64,000 nucleotides of DNA from Oscillospiraceae bacterium. Its GTDB lineage: Bacteria > Bacillota > Clostridia > Oscillospirales > Ruminococcaceae. Within the stretch, counting starts at the first letter, position 1. Each line of letters begins with the position of its first letter. Shown here one piece after another: positions 28,308-36,724 of the stretch. The position numbers and the translations under genes are program-made. The stretch covers positions 8,332 to 72,331 of the forward strand of contig JAFXCV010000061.1 of NCBI GenBank assembly GCA_017521325.1, given 5' to 3'. Under the pieces are notes generated by a model. That model was given only the letters and a program-made list of their open reading frames with translations, did no database searches and had not been told where the DNA came from.

Positions 28308-28413
28308 TGCAATACCCTTGATTTTTATGAAGATATGTGATATAATAAGTAAAATTATCTTACGCCGCTTCAGAATACTCTGAAGCCTGTTTCTGAAAAT
28401 AGGAGAATACACC

Positions 28414-29646
28414 ATGAACTATAACGAAGCAAAAGAAAAACTGGCTGCATGCGGACAGACCCATCTGCTGCGCTGGTACGATACACTGACCGAGCGTGAA
28501 CAGGAATCCCTCCTGCAGCAGATCGAAGAACTGGACACAGAGCTTTTGCAGGTATTTGCAGATTACCGCAAAAGCAGCGAGCAGGCAAGAGGAAAGCTTG
28601 CCCCCCTCGGCGCACTGACGCTGGAGGAAATTGCGCAGAACCGTGACAGGTTTGAAGCTGCCGGACTTGATGCCATCCGTCAGGGCAAGGTCGGTGCCGT
28701 CCTCCTTGCAGGCGGAATGGGTACCCGTCTGGGCTTTGACAAGCCCAAGGGCATGTTCAACATCGGCGTCACCAGGGAACTGTACATTTTTGAATGCCTC
28801 ATCCGAAACCTCATGGAAGTCGTGGATAAGGCAGGTACATTTGTGCCTCTGTTTGTGATGACCAGCGAAAAGAATGACGAGGATACCCGTGCCTTTTTCA
28901 AGGAAATGAAGTATTTCGGCTATAATGCGGAATATGTGCATTTCTTTGTGCAGGAAATGGCACCTGCGGTGGATATGGAAGGCAGAATCCTTCTGGAGGA
29001 AAAGGGCAGAATTGCAGCTTCTCCCAACGGAAACGGCGGCTGGTTCAGCTCCATGCAGCGTGCAGGGCTGATGAATCTGCTCCATCGTGAGGGCATCGAG
29101 TGGCTCAACGTCTTTGCGGTAGACAATGTTCTCCAGCGCATTGCCGATCCCGTATTCATCGGCGCAGCCCTTCTGTCGGGCGCAGACATGGGCAGCAAGG
29201 TTGTCAGCAAGGCGGATCCCGAAGAACGTGTGGGCGTGCTTTGTCTGGAGGATGGTACGCCTTCCATCGTGGAATACTACGAAATGACGAAAGAAATGAT
29301 TACAAGCCGTGAACCCGACGGCAGGCTCTCCTACAATTACGGGGTGATCCTCAATTATCTGTTCCGCACGGATTCTCTCGAAAGCGGCGCAGATAAGCGC
29401 ATGCCGATCCATGTGGTGGAAAAGAAGGTTCCCTATATCGACGAAAACGGCATGCTGATCGAGCCTGCATCCCCCAACGGCTGCAAGTTTGAAACGCTTG
29501 TACTGGACATGGTGCATATGCAGGAAAACTGTCTTTCCTTTGAGGTGGACAGAAGCCGTGAATTTGCCCCTGTCAAAAACAAAACCGGCGTGGATTCCGT
29601 GGATTCCGCAAGGGAACTGCTGCACCGGAACGGCGTTTCACTGTAA
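28414..29646 (+). CDS. UDPGP-family UDP-sugar (UDP-N-acetylhexosamine-type) pyrophosphorylase
   Basis: LLAGGMGTRLGFDKPKGMF nucleotide-binding loop with eukaryotic UAP-like architecture; 410 aa. Confidence 0.85.
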   Translation: MNYNEAKEKLAACGQTHLLRWYDTLTEREQESLLQQIEELDTELLQVFADYRKSSEQARGKLAPLGALTLEEIAQNRDRFEAAGLDAIRQGKVGAVLLAGGMGTRLGFDKPKGMFNIGVTRELYIFECLIRNLMEVVDKAGTFVPLFVMTSEKNDEDTRAFFKEMKYFGYNAEYVHFFVQEMAPAVDMEGRILLEEKGRIAASPNGNGGWFSSMQRAGLMNLLHREGIEWLNVFAVDNVLQRIADPVFIGAALLSGADMGSKVVSKADPEERVGVLCLEDGTPSIVEYYEMTKEMITSREPDGRLSYNYGVILNYLFRTDSLESGADKRMPIHVVEKKVPYIDENGMLIEPASPNGCKFETLVLDMVHMQENCLSFEVDRSREFAPVKNKTGVDSVDSARELLHRNGVSL

Positions 29647-29658
29647 TCTCACAACCCC

Positions 29659-29694
29659 CTCCCCGAACGTGATGGTTCGGGGAGATTTTGTTTT
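29659..29694 (+). terminator. Intrinsic terminator
   Basis: CTCCCCGAAC-gtgatg-GTTCGGGGAG plus ATTTTGTTTT. Confidence 0.85.
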
Positions 29695-29893
29695 CCAAAA
29701 CGACCGAAAAGCACTCATTCCCCATTGACTTTTGAAATAAAAAAAGGTATAATGAAAGAGGATAGAAATGCCATTCAAAAAACGAAAAATAATACTTTAA
29801 CGGGCACCGCAGCTGTTCACGGCAGACAGCTGCTGTGAAATCATAGATCATCATAAAACAGGGAGGGGTGGCACGCTGCCGTAGTGTAAGTCT

Positions 29894-32161
29894 ATGAAAA
29901 AAAATATGATTCTTCTCATCGAATTTTTATTTGCGCTGCTGTCCATCTGGGTGCTGACTGCAACGCACCAAAGACCCGAAAGTGCCTTGATTACACTGCG
30001 TATTTATGTGCTTGTCATGATTGGTGTGACAGGTACACTTGTCCTGATGTTCCGACACTACCTGACGCACCACAGCACCATTGACATCACCCGTATCTGC
30101 GAAACGGTACGAAATCTTGATGTGCCTGCGTTTATCTGGACAAATGACCTCAACACCATTTACACCAATGAGGCAATGGATGATATTCTGGGTATCACCG
30201 AAAGTGAGGACCCCGGTGACAGCGCAAAGCTTCTCAGCACACTGTTTCACAGCATGGGCATCAGCCCCACTTCTGCTGCACAGGAGCTTAATGGCATCAT
30301 CTATCGCTCCACACTCCTTGACTTTGACCGCAACAAACGCTACATCAGCTGGAACACTTCCCTGCTCAAGGAAAATCACAATGCCTCGCTCTATTTCACC
30401 ATCGGCTTTGAAACAACCGAGCTTGTCATGGCAAAACATTCGCTGACTGCCTACGCCAAGAACCTTGCCGCTTCCCAGAGCCGTTATGCGCTTTCCATGC
30501 GCCTTGCCGGCATCGGTATCCTGCTGTGCGAAAGTGTACATGATGTATTCTATGTATCCGATGAAGCCAAAGAATTTCTTGGCATTGACCATAACGAGAT
30601 CACCTTCCAGGAATTCCGGCAGCGACTCCATCCGGAGGATCGTTTCCTGTTTGACGAATACCTCGAGAAGATGCGCTCGGTAAAGAAGGATACGACACGG
30701 AATAAACCGCAGACACTGGAATTCCGTATCCGTCCCGCAGTAGGAAAACCCTACGTCTGGTATTCCTACCACTATCAGGAAAATCTGACCAATGCAACGG
30801 GTGGTCCCATCATCGGCGGTGCGTTGATTGATATCACGGGCGAAAAGAATAAGGATGCAACCATCGAACGCCTGGCATTCATGGATGATATCACAGAAAT
30901 CGCCAACCGCAACAAGCTCATTCAGGACGGCGAACAGACCTATCAGCTCTGCAAGAAAACAGGTTCCACCTACTGGATCATCGTGCTGGATATTGACCGC
31001 TTCCACATCATCAACGACAGTCTCGGTTATGAAAAGGGCGACAAGTATCTGCGTGATTTCGCCCATCTTCTTTGTAAACACACCGCATCCGGCGGTATGG
31101 TCGCACGTCTGAGTGCGGATAATTTTGCAATGCTCGTACAGGACTATGGCGATGAGGAACTTCCGATGCGTATAGTCGAACAGATCCGCATTGACATGGC
31201 AGAGCTTTCCACGGGTGATTCCTCCACAACGGCACTGAGCTGCTCTGCGGCATTTGCACGCATCCCGAATGACGGCAATTCCTTCAAGGAAGCCATGGAG
31301 CATGCGGAATTTACGCTTGCCATAGGACGTGGACAGCTCTCCTATCTGATGGGATACAACGCTGCCATGCACCGTGAAGAGGCAAGCCGAAGCGAGCTGG
31401 AAAAGGAGCTTGCACACGCCATCGCCTCCAAGCAGCTGCAGCTGTACTATCAGCCGAAGGTCGATCTTCGCACCGGCAGAACCATGGGCGCTGAGGCACT
31501 CATCCGCTGGGTGAAGCCCGACGGCACGATGGTTTCTCCGAATATCTTTATCCCCATTGCGGAGCGCACGGGACTGATTTCCGAAATCAGCCACTTTGTT
31601 CTGCATGAGGCATGCGCACAGAATGCGCTCTGGCAGAAAATCCAGTTCAACCCCATTGTCATTTCCATCAATTTCACATCCGAGGATTTCTTCCAGAAGG
31701 ATGTGTGCGAAATGATTCAGGATGTTCTCATCCGCACGGGACTCAAGCCCAAATGGCTGGAGCTGGAGCTGACGGAACGTCTTGCGCTCGGCGATGTCAA
31801 CTACACCATCCAGCAGATGAATATGCTTCGTGAGCTGGGCGTGCTGCTGGCAATGGATGACTTCGGCACGGGATATTCCTCTCTGAGCTATATCCAGCTG
31901 CTGCCGCTGACGCTCCTCAAGCTTGACCGTTCCTTCATTTCCAAGATCGAAACCGACATGGTCGCACGTGAAATCGTTTCTGCCATTATCAAAATTGCCA
32001 AATCCATGGGCATCGAAACCATCGCCGAGGGCGTGGAGTCCGAAGGACAGGTTGCCATCCTCAAGGCGTTTGGCTGCGATTATGTACAGGGATATCTGTA
32101 CGGTAAGCCCATGACAGCACTGCAGTTCCAGAAGCGGCTGGAAGAAGAATCCAACCACTGA
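29894..32161 (+). CDS. Membrane PAS / degenerate-GGDEF / EAL protein (predicted c-di-GMP phosphodiesterase)
   Basis: Two N-terminal TMs and PAS-like regions. The GGDEF signature is replaced by SADNF (ARLSADNFAML). EAL motifs are intact (GAEALIRW, ELTE, DDFGTGYSSL, EGVE, QGYLYGKP). Confidence 0.9.
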   Translation: MKKNMILLIEFLFALLSIWVLTATHQRPESALITLRIYVLVMIGVTGTLVLMFRHYLTHHSTIDITRICETVRNLDVPAFIWTNDLNTIYTNEAMDDILGITESEDPGDSAKLLSTLFHSMGISPTSAAQELNGIIYRSTLLDFDRNKRYISWNTSLLKENHNASLYFTIGFETTELVMAKHSLTAYAKNLAASQSRYALSMRLAGIGILLCESVHDVFYVSDEAKEFLGIDHNEITFQEFRQRLHPEDRFLFDEYLEKMRSVKKDTTRNKPQTLEFRIRPAVGKPYVWYSYHYQENLTNATGGPIIGGALIDITGEKNKDATIERLAFMDDITEIANRNKLIQDGEQTYQLCKKTGSTYWIIVLDIDRFHIINDSLGYEKGDKYLRDFAHLLCKHTASGGMVARLSADNFAMLVQDYGDEELPMRIVEQIRIDMAELSTGDSSTTALSCSAAFARIPNDGNSFKEAMEHAEFTLAIGRGQLSYLMGYNAAMHREEASRSELEKELAHAIASKQLQLYYQPKVDLRTGRTMGAEALIRWVKPDGTMVSPNIFIPIAERTGLISEISHFVLHEACAQNALWQKIQFNPIVISINFTSEDFFQKDVCEMIQDVLIRTGLKPKWLELELTERLALGDVNYTIQQMNMLRELGVLLAMDDFGTGYSSLSYIQLLPLTLLKLDRSFISKIETDMVAREIVSAIIKIAKSMGIETIAEGVESEGQVAILKAFGCDYVQGYLYGKPMTALQFQKRLEEESNH

Positions 32162-32183
32162 TCCCACACAGGAGGTCATTCCA

Positions 32184-32849
32184 ATGAGCAAACAAACCAA
32201 ACCGCAGAAAACCAAGCGTGCCTACACACTGGGTGAGGAAATCTTCAATTCCGTGACACACGGCGTCGGTGCGCTGCTCTCCGTTGCAGGATGCGTCATT
32301 CTCATCGTGTTCTGCGCCATCAACGGCGGCGCTATGGAGGTCGTTTCCGCTTCGATTTTCGGTGCATCCCTCATCATCCTCTACACCATGTCCACACTCT
32401 ACCACGCACTTGTACCTCCGCTTGCCAAAAAGGTATTTCAGATCCTCGATCACAACACCATTTTCCTGCTGATTGCAGGCACCTACACGCCCTTCACCCT
32501 CTGCTGCATCAAGCCCCTGTGGCTTGGCTGGACGATCTTCGGCTGCATCTGGGGTGCGGCAGTGTTCGGTATCGTGATGTCCTCGATCAATCTGGAAAAA
32601 TTCCGCAAAATTTCTACTTTCTGCTATATTCTCATGGGCTGGGGCATCATTCTTGCCGTCAAGCCCCTCTATCAGGGCATACCCACGTTCAGTCTGGTTA
32701 CACTGATTATAGGCGGCGTGCTGTATTCCCTGGGCGTGATTTTCTATGTAAAAAAGAAGATCCATTACATGCACTCCATCTGGCATATCTTTGTGGTCGG
32801 CGGCAGTGTACTGCATTGGTTTTCCGTATTATATGCCATCGGTTTTTGA
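32184..32849 (+). CDS. Hemolysin-III / PAQR family membrane protein
   Basis: Seven TMs with NSVTHGVG, LYHAL and LDHNTIFLLIAGTYTPF motifs. Confidence 0.9.
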   Translation: MSKQTKPQKTKRAYTLGEEIFNSVTHGVGALLSVAGCVILIVFCAINGGAMEVVSASIFGASLIILYTMSTLYHALVPPLAKKVFQILDHNTIFLLIAGTYTPFTLCCIKPLWLGWTIFGCIWGAAVFGIVMSSINLEKFRKISTFCYILMGWGIILAVKPLYQGIPTFSLVTLIIGGVLYSLGVIFYVKKKIHYMHSIWHIFVVGGSVLHWFSVLYAIGF

Positions 32850-32865
32850 GAACTGCACTTTCACA

Positions 32866-32923
32866 GGGGGACGCCGTCCCCCTGTACCCCCTGCCAAAGG
32901 GATGTACATCCCTTTGGAATCCC
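32866..32923. repeat. GC-rich modular palindromic repeat (copy E4)
   Basis: gggggacgccgtccccctgtaccccctgccaaagggatgtacatccctttggaatccca is nearly identical to 13073-13129. Confidence 0.8.
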
Positions 32924-33068
32924 ACGCCACTTTTCATTTATCCCACAAGGGGATAAATGAAAAATGCAAGTTCCAAACAAACACATTCTTGGACAGGAAA
33001 TGCAGGAGATCGGAATCCACTGCAATACTGCATTTCTTAATATCCAATTACAATAAGGAGGAGAACTT

Positions 33069-34145
33069 ATGAAAAAACGTATCGGTATCCTGACCAGCGG
33101 CGGCGATTGTCCGGGACTGAATGCCACGATCCGTGGTGTTGCAAAGGCATGCTTTGAGCGCATGGGTGAGGAAAATGTGGAGATCGTCGGCATTTCCAAC
33201 GGCTACTACGGTCTGATTCACGGGCTGACAAAGGTGATGCAGCCCTCCGACTTTTCCGGCATTCTCACACAGGGCGGCACGATCCTCGGCACAAAGCGTC
33301 AGCCGTTCAAGATGATGACGGTCATCGGCGATGACAACGTGGACAAGGTCAAGAACATGAAGGAAACCTACCGCAAGGAAAAGCTCGACTGCCTGCTGAC
33401 ACTCGGCGGCAACGGCACGCACAAGACCTCCAAGCTTCTGGCGGATGAGGGACTCAATGTCATTGGTCTTCCCAAGACCATCGACAACGACATCTACGGC
33501 ACGGACGTGACCTTCGGATTCCACACGGCTGTGGATATTGCAACCGATGCCATCGACAGACTGCATACGACTGCTGCAAGCCATTCCCGTATTATGGTTT
33601 GCGAGATCATGGGCAACAGAGCCGGCTGGCTGACGCTGTATGCAGGCGTTGCAGGCGGTGCGGATATCATTCTCCTGCCGGAGATTCCGTATGACATCGA
33701 AAAGGTGTGCGATGCAGTTGTAAAGCGCAGCGTGAAGGGCAAAACCTTCTCGATTCTGGCAGTTGCTGAGGGCGTGTATGATGTGCAGGAGGCTGCGCTC
33801 AAGAAGAAGGAACGTGAAAAGCTTCGTGCAGAAAACGGCAATGCGACAAACCGCATCGCCAAGGAAATCGAGGAGCGTACCGGCATTGAAGCCCGTGTAT
33901 GCGTTCCCGGCCACATGCTGCGTGGCGGTTCTCCCTCTGCGTATGACAGAATGCTCGCTACCCAGTTCGGCGTGCATGCTGCTAAACTCATTGCCGAGGA
34001 GAAATTCGGCAGAACCGTAGCTCTCGTGGACGGCAAGATCACCTCCAACAAGCTCTCTGATATTGCAGGCAAGAAAAAGCTTGTGGATCCCAAGTGTCAG
34101 GAGGTTCTGGCAGCAAGAGATCTGGGCATTTCGTTTGGTGATTAA
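33069..34145 (+). CDS. pfkA: 6-phosphofructokinase
   Basis: GILTSGGDCPGLNA, LGGNGTH and PKTIDNDI motifs; 358 aa. Confidence 0.95.
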   Translation: MKKRIGILTSGGDCPGLNATIRGVAKACFERMGEENVEIVGISNGYYGLIHGLTKVMQPSDFSGILTQGGTILGTKRQPFKMMTVIGDDNVDKVKNMKETYRKEKLDCLLTLGGNGTHKTSKLLADEGLNVIGLPKTIDNDIYGTDVTFGFHTAVDIATDAIDRLHTTAASHSRIMVCEIMGNRAGWLTLYAGVAGGADIILLPEIPYDIEKVCDAVVKRSVKGKTFSILAVAEGVYDVQEAALKKKEREKLRAENGNATNRIAKEIEERTGIEARVCVPGHMLRGGSPSAYDRMLATQFGVHAAKLIAEEKFGRTVALVDGKITSNKLSDIAGKKKLVDPKCQEVLAARDLGISFGD

Positions 34146-34163
34146 GCGTAACAATCGTAATAT

Positions 34164-34194
34164 CGCCCATCCCCTGTTTTGGGGATGGGCGTTT
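34164..34194. terminator. Bidirectional intrinsic terminator after pfkA
   Basis: CGCCCATCCCC-tgtttt-GGGGATGGGCG plus TTTG. Confidence 0.75.
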
Positions 34195-34211
34195 GATGTA
34201 TGCTCTTCCGT

Positions 34212-34502
34212 TTACCCGAACCATTTCATACATGCGACAATTGCAATGAATATCGCCACTGCAATGGAAAGGACCGCAGTAGTTTTGCTGTGATTCCACT
34301 CACGGATGCCCTGTGTGAGCATGAGAACCCCCAACAAGGGCATGAAGATGTTATCCGCATTTTCCATCACACCGGTCAGTCCAAGAATCACAAATACGAT
34401 TCCACCAATGCTGGCAATCATGCCGATGATCATTGTAATTTTCACATACAGCGGGCGTTCCCTCCATGTACGGATGATGCGTTCCTTTGTTTCCTGTTTC
34501 AT
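34212..34502 (-). CDS. Small integral membrane protein (96 aa, three predicted TMs), unknown function
   Basis: ATG 34502 with a GGAGGT RBS. Sequence MKQETKERIIRTWRERPLYVKITMIIGMIASIGGIVFVILGL... Confidence 0.55.
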   Translation of the reverse strand: MKQETKERIIRTWRERPLYVKITMIIGMIASIGGIVFVILGLTGVMENADNIFMPLLGVLMLTQGIREWNHSKTTAVLSIAVAIFIAIVACMKWFG

Positions 34503-34605
34503 AAAATGTACCTCCATTGATTGGAATAGCAAGCTGACAATAGTATTATAGCACATTGTTATGAAAACGTCAATATCGGATACTTGTCATCGCAATTTCT
34601 GCCGC

Positions 34606-34740
34606 TTGTGAAAAACAGTTTTTCACAATTTCTTTGTGAAATTCTTGACAAAGGGGCGATTTTGTAGTAAAATAGAAAGTATAGTGGAAAGTTATATCAT
34701 TTTGAAAGGACTGATTACAATGGGTTTGACATTAACAGAG
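34606..34740 (+). repeat. Diverged duplicate (about 90% identity) of the acn upstream dyad, Rex-box, promoter, RBS and first 7 codons
   Basis: Aligns base-for-base with 36611-36745 (14 mismatches in 135). Copy promoter TTGACA 34645-34650 / TAAAAT 34668-34673. The mini-ORF ATG 34720...TAG 34741-34743 encodes MGLTLTE. Confidence 0.9.
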
Positions 34741-34860
34741 TAGACGGCAAGATCACTTCCAACAAGCTCTCTGATATTGCAGGCAAGAAAAAACTTGTGG
34801 GTCCTAAGTGTCAGGAGGTTCTGGCAGCAAGAGATCTGGGCATTTCGTTTGGTGACTAAG
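34741..34860 (+). repeat. Diverged duplicate (about 96% identity) of the 3' end of pfkA, including the stop codon
   Basis: Aligns with 34027-34146. There are five mismatches, four of them synonymous in the pfkA frame. Confidence 0.9.
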
Positions 34861-34878
34861 CAGCGCATCACAGCAATT

Positions 34879-35986
34879 GAACAACAACAATACCCCCAAT
34901 GCCTATGATCGATAGTTATATAGAAGTATTACAAAGCCACATTTGATGTTTATGTCAAAAGTGGCTTTGCGTTGCTTACGGCATTGACTGATTATAGTAT
35001 ATTTGCTATAATCAGTGTATGAAATAATAATTCTCTTAAATCTTATGGCTAAAATGCTGACAAGACATAATTGTCTAGTGGAAAACACGTCATTTCTCAC
35101 TTTATGACGTGGATTTCTAATGATATTCTTAGTATAATGGACAGTGAAAGGAGGAACGAAATGATAGACCAGATTAAAATTGGTGGTTTTCTAAAAGAAT
35201 TACGTAAAGAAAAGGAACTAACACAAGAACAGTTGGCAGAAAACTTTGGTGTATCTTCTCGAAGTGTATCTCGTTGGGAAAATGGCAATACTATGCCAGA
35301 ATTGGGCATTTTAGTCGAGTTGGCAGATTTCTATGAGATTGACATCAAAGAAATCATTGATGGTGAAAGGAAAAGTGAGATTGTGGAAAAGGAAGAGAAA
35401 GAAACTTTACTGAAAGTTGCCGAATATGCTGATAAGCAGAAAAGGCAGGCAATATTGAAAGCTGTAATTATTTTTTCATTGGAAATGATCTGCTGTGGTT
35501 ATACGATTGCCATGGCGTTCATGGTACTCATGGGTGATGGTCAAATCAGTGCGGGATATGCTGTTATACCGTCACTGATTACATTTGTCTTTTCTGTTAT
35601 TCTGGCAATAAACGCAAAGGATTTTGTGACAAATAAACAGAAGTGAGCATCAATTTGAAAGTTGCTTAAAACAACAACTCACAATTTGTAGGACTCGTGA
35701 AAATTTCAGTTTGACAGAGCGACAAATTCCAATAGGATTAACACATCCAATCGATAAACCGTCGAGCGCCTCTTATTGTATGCTTCGCCCTTATGGTGAA
35801 ATTGTATAATCACCGTACAGCATCGACCACACCGAACAAGCATTAAGCTCTGATTGAGCGTATCAAGTCATTCGATGAAGATGTCAAAGTTGTGCTTGAA
35901 GCTAAAATAACCCGTGAAGAATTTCTTCACGGGTTATACTTCTTTATTAGTACGCTGCCTAGGCATTGGGGGTATTACTATTGTTC
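34879..35986. mobile_element. 1.1-kb AT-rich segment bounded by 26-bp imperfect inverted repeats, carrying an XRE-TM gene (candidate non-autonomous mobile or invertible element)
   Basis: Left repeat gaacaacaacaatacccccaatgcct (34879-34904) matches the reverse complement of the right repeat aggcattgggggtattactattgttc (35961-35986) at 23 of 26 positions. The interior is visibly lower in GC than the flanks. No transposase or recombinase ORF is present. Confidence 0.35.
35161..35646 (+). CDS. Membrane-anchored XRE-family (HTH_3) transcriptional regulator
   Basis: ATG 35161 with an AAAGGAGG RBS. HTH segment LKELRKEKELTQEQLAENFGVSSRSVSRWENGNTMPEL. Two C-terminal TMs. An upstream promoter TTGACT-17-TATAAT (34984-35012) is embedded in an 11-bp perfect dyad ACTGATTATAG/CTATAATCAGT (34987-35016). 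Confidence 0.85.
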   Translation: MIDQIKIGGFLKELRKEKELTQEQLAENFGVSSRSVSRWENGNTMPELGILVELADFYEIDIKEIIDGERKSEIVEKEEKETLLKVAEYADKQKRQAILKAVIIFSLEMICCGYTIAMAFMVLMGDGQISAGYAVIPSLITFVFSVILAINAKDFVTNKQK

Positions 35987-36004
35987 ATCAAAAACGCAAT
36001 TCCC

Positions 36005-36541
36005 TCATCTTCTCTTGAAGCGACGATGCTTGTTCGACCGATAATACTGCTGTGCAGTTCTTTTCGGTTCCTGATTCTGGTTGTACAGCTTCAGCAAGTA
36101 CGTCAGCCCGAACAACGGGATCGGAATCAGGATCAGCACCGTATCCGAAAAGTCCTTAAAATTTGTGATTTTCAGGCTAAAGAATGCAGCAATCGCAAGG
36201 ATGATCACATATCCAAGAATGCAGATCGTGCATTCTCCCGACGAAACCTCCGATGTCCTGCGGATGCCGATCAGCCGCAGAAGATGGTAGCCGATTCCGC
36301 TGAGCGCCAGAACGATCGTAAAGCAAAGCATAACGTCAAGAAAATCCTTGGACTGCGCAGCACCTTCCGATGTGAGCAGAACGGCTAAAGAGGAAAAATC
36401 AATCACCCCGACAAAAGGAAGCTTCAGATTGGAAAGCCCCTCGGGAGAATGCAGCATTTTCACCAGCGAATATGCACCGTAGCCGAGCGTTGCGGTCAGC
36501 AGATTATAGGTCAGAACTCTGAGAAATTCTTTAAATGTCAT
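36005..36541 (-). CDS. Integral membrane protein (178 aa), unknown function
   Basis: Four to five hydrophobic segments and a basic C-terminal tail (KHRRFKRR). It occupies the same position relative to the acn promoter as the 96-aa ORF does relative to the promoter copy. Confidence 0.55.
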   Translation of the reverse strand: MTFKEFLRVLTYNLLTATLGYGAYSLVKMLHSPEGLSNLKLPFVGVIDFSSLAVLLTSEGAAQSKDFLDVMLCFTIVLALSGIGYHLLRLIGIRRTSEVSSGECTICILGYVIILAIAAFFSLKITNFKDFSDTVLILIPIPLFGLTYLLKLYNQNQEPKRTAQQYYRSNKHRRFKRR

Positions 36542-36610
36542 GATATACCCCTTTTCTGTGGTAATTTATGTTATATTATACCATATTACCGCAAAAAAGT
36601 CAACATTTCA

Positions 36611-36633
36611 TTGCGATAAACAGTTTTTCGCAA
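36611..36633. promoter_or_regulatory. 23-bp dyad TTGCGATAAAC-A-GTTTTTCGCAA upstream of the acn promoter (candidate operator)
   Basis: 10 of 11 arm positions are complementary. The paralogous copy at 34606-34628 reads TTGTGAAAAAC-A-GTTTTTCACAA, with changes on both arms that preserve the symmetry. Confidence 0.4.
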
Positions 36634-36638
36634 AATCC

Positions 36639-36656
36639 TTGTGAAATTCTTGACAA
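36639..36656. promoter_or_regulatory. Candidate Rex operator overlapping the -35 of the acn promoter
   Basis: TTGTGAAATTCTTGACAA matches 17 of 18 positions of the published Rex-box consensus TTGTGAAnnnnTTCACAA. An identical sequence lies in the duplicate at 34634-34651. The rex gene is encoded downstream of icd. Confidence 0.5.
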
Positions 36657-36678
36657 AGAAGCGATTTTGTAGTAAAAT
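36650..36678 (+). promoter_or_regulatory. acn promoter (TTGACA-17-TAAAAT)
   Basis: Hexamers at 36650-36655 and 36673-36678, about 45 nt upstream of the acn ATG. Confidence 0.6.
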
Positions 36679-36724
36679 AGTAAGTATAGTGGAAAGCTAT
36701 ATCATTTTGAAAGGATTGATTACA

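Noticed and set aside
27110-29625. Two long minus-strand ORFs (27110-28312 and 28360-29625)
   Set aside because: They lie opposite the FkbM methyltransferase and the UDPGP pyrophosphorylase, both of which carry diagnostic motifs on the plus strand.
29927-32215. 762-aa minus-strand ORF
   Set aside because: Antisense to the PAS/GGDEF/EAL gene, whose EAL motifs are unambiguous.
33048-34154. 368-aa minus-strand ORF opposite pfkA
   Set aside because: Antisense shadow.
34606-34628. CRP/FNR-type site (TGTGA...TCACA)
   Set aside because: The half-sites are separated by 11 nt instead of 6, and the orthologous copy reads GCGA...TCGC. It is kept only as an unassigned dyad, discussed together with the Rex box.
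35780-35936. Short frame reading ...LIERIKSFDEDVKVVLEAK, faintly reminiscent of the N-terminal region of IS110-family transposases
   Set aside because: Only about 20 residues are involved, interrupted by stops and with no DEDD motif visible. This is too weak to call a transposase remnant.
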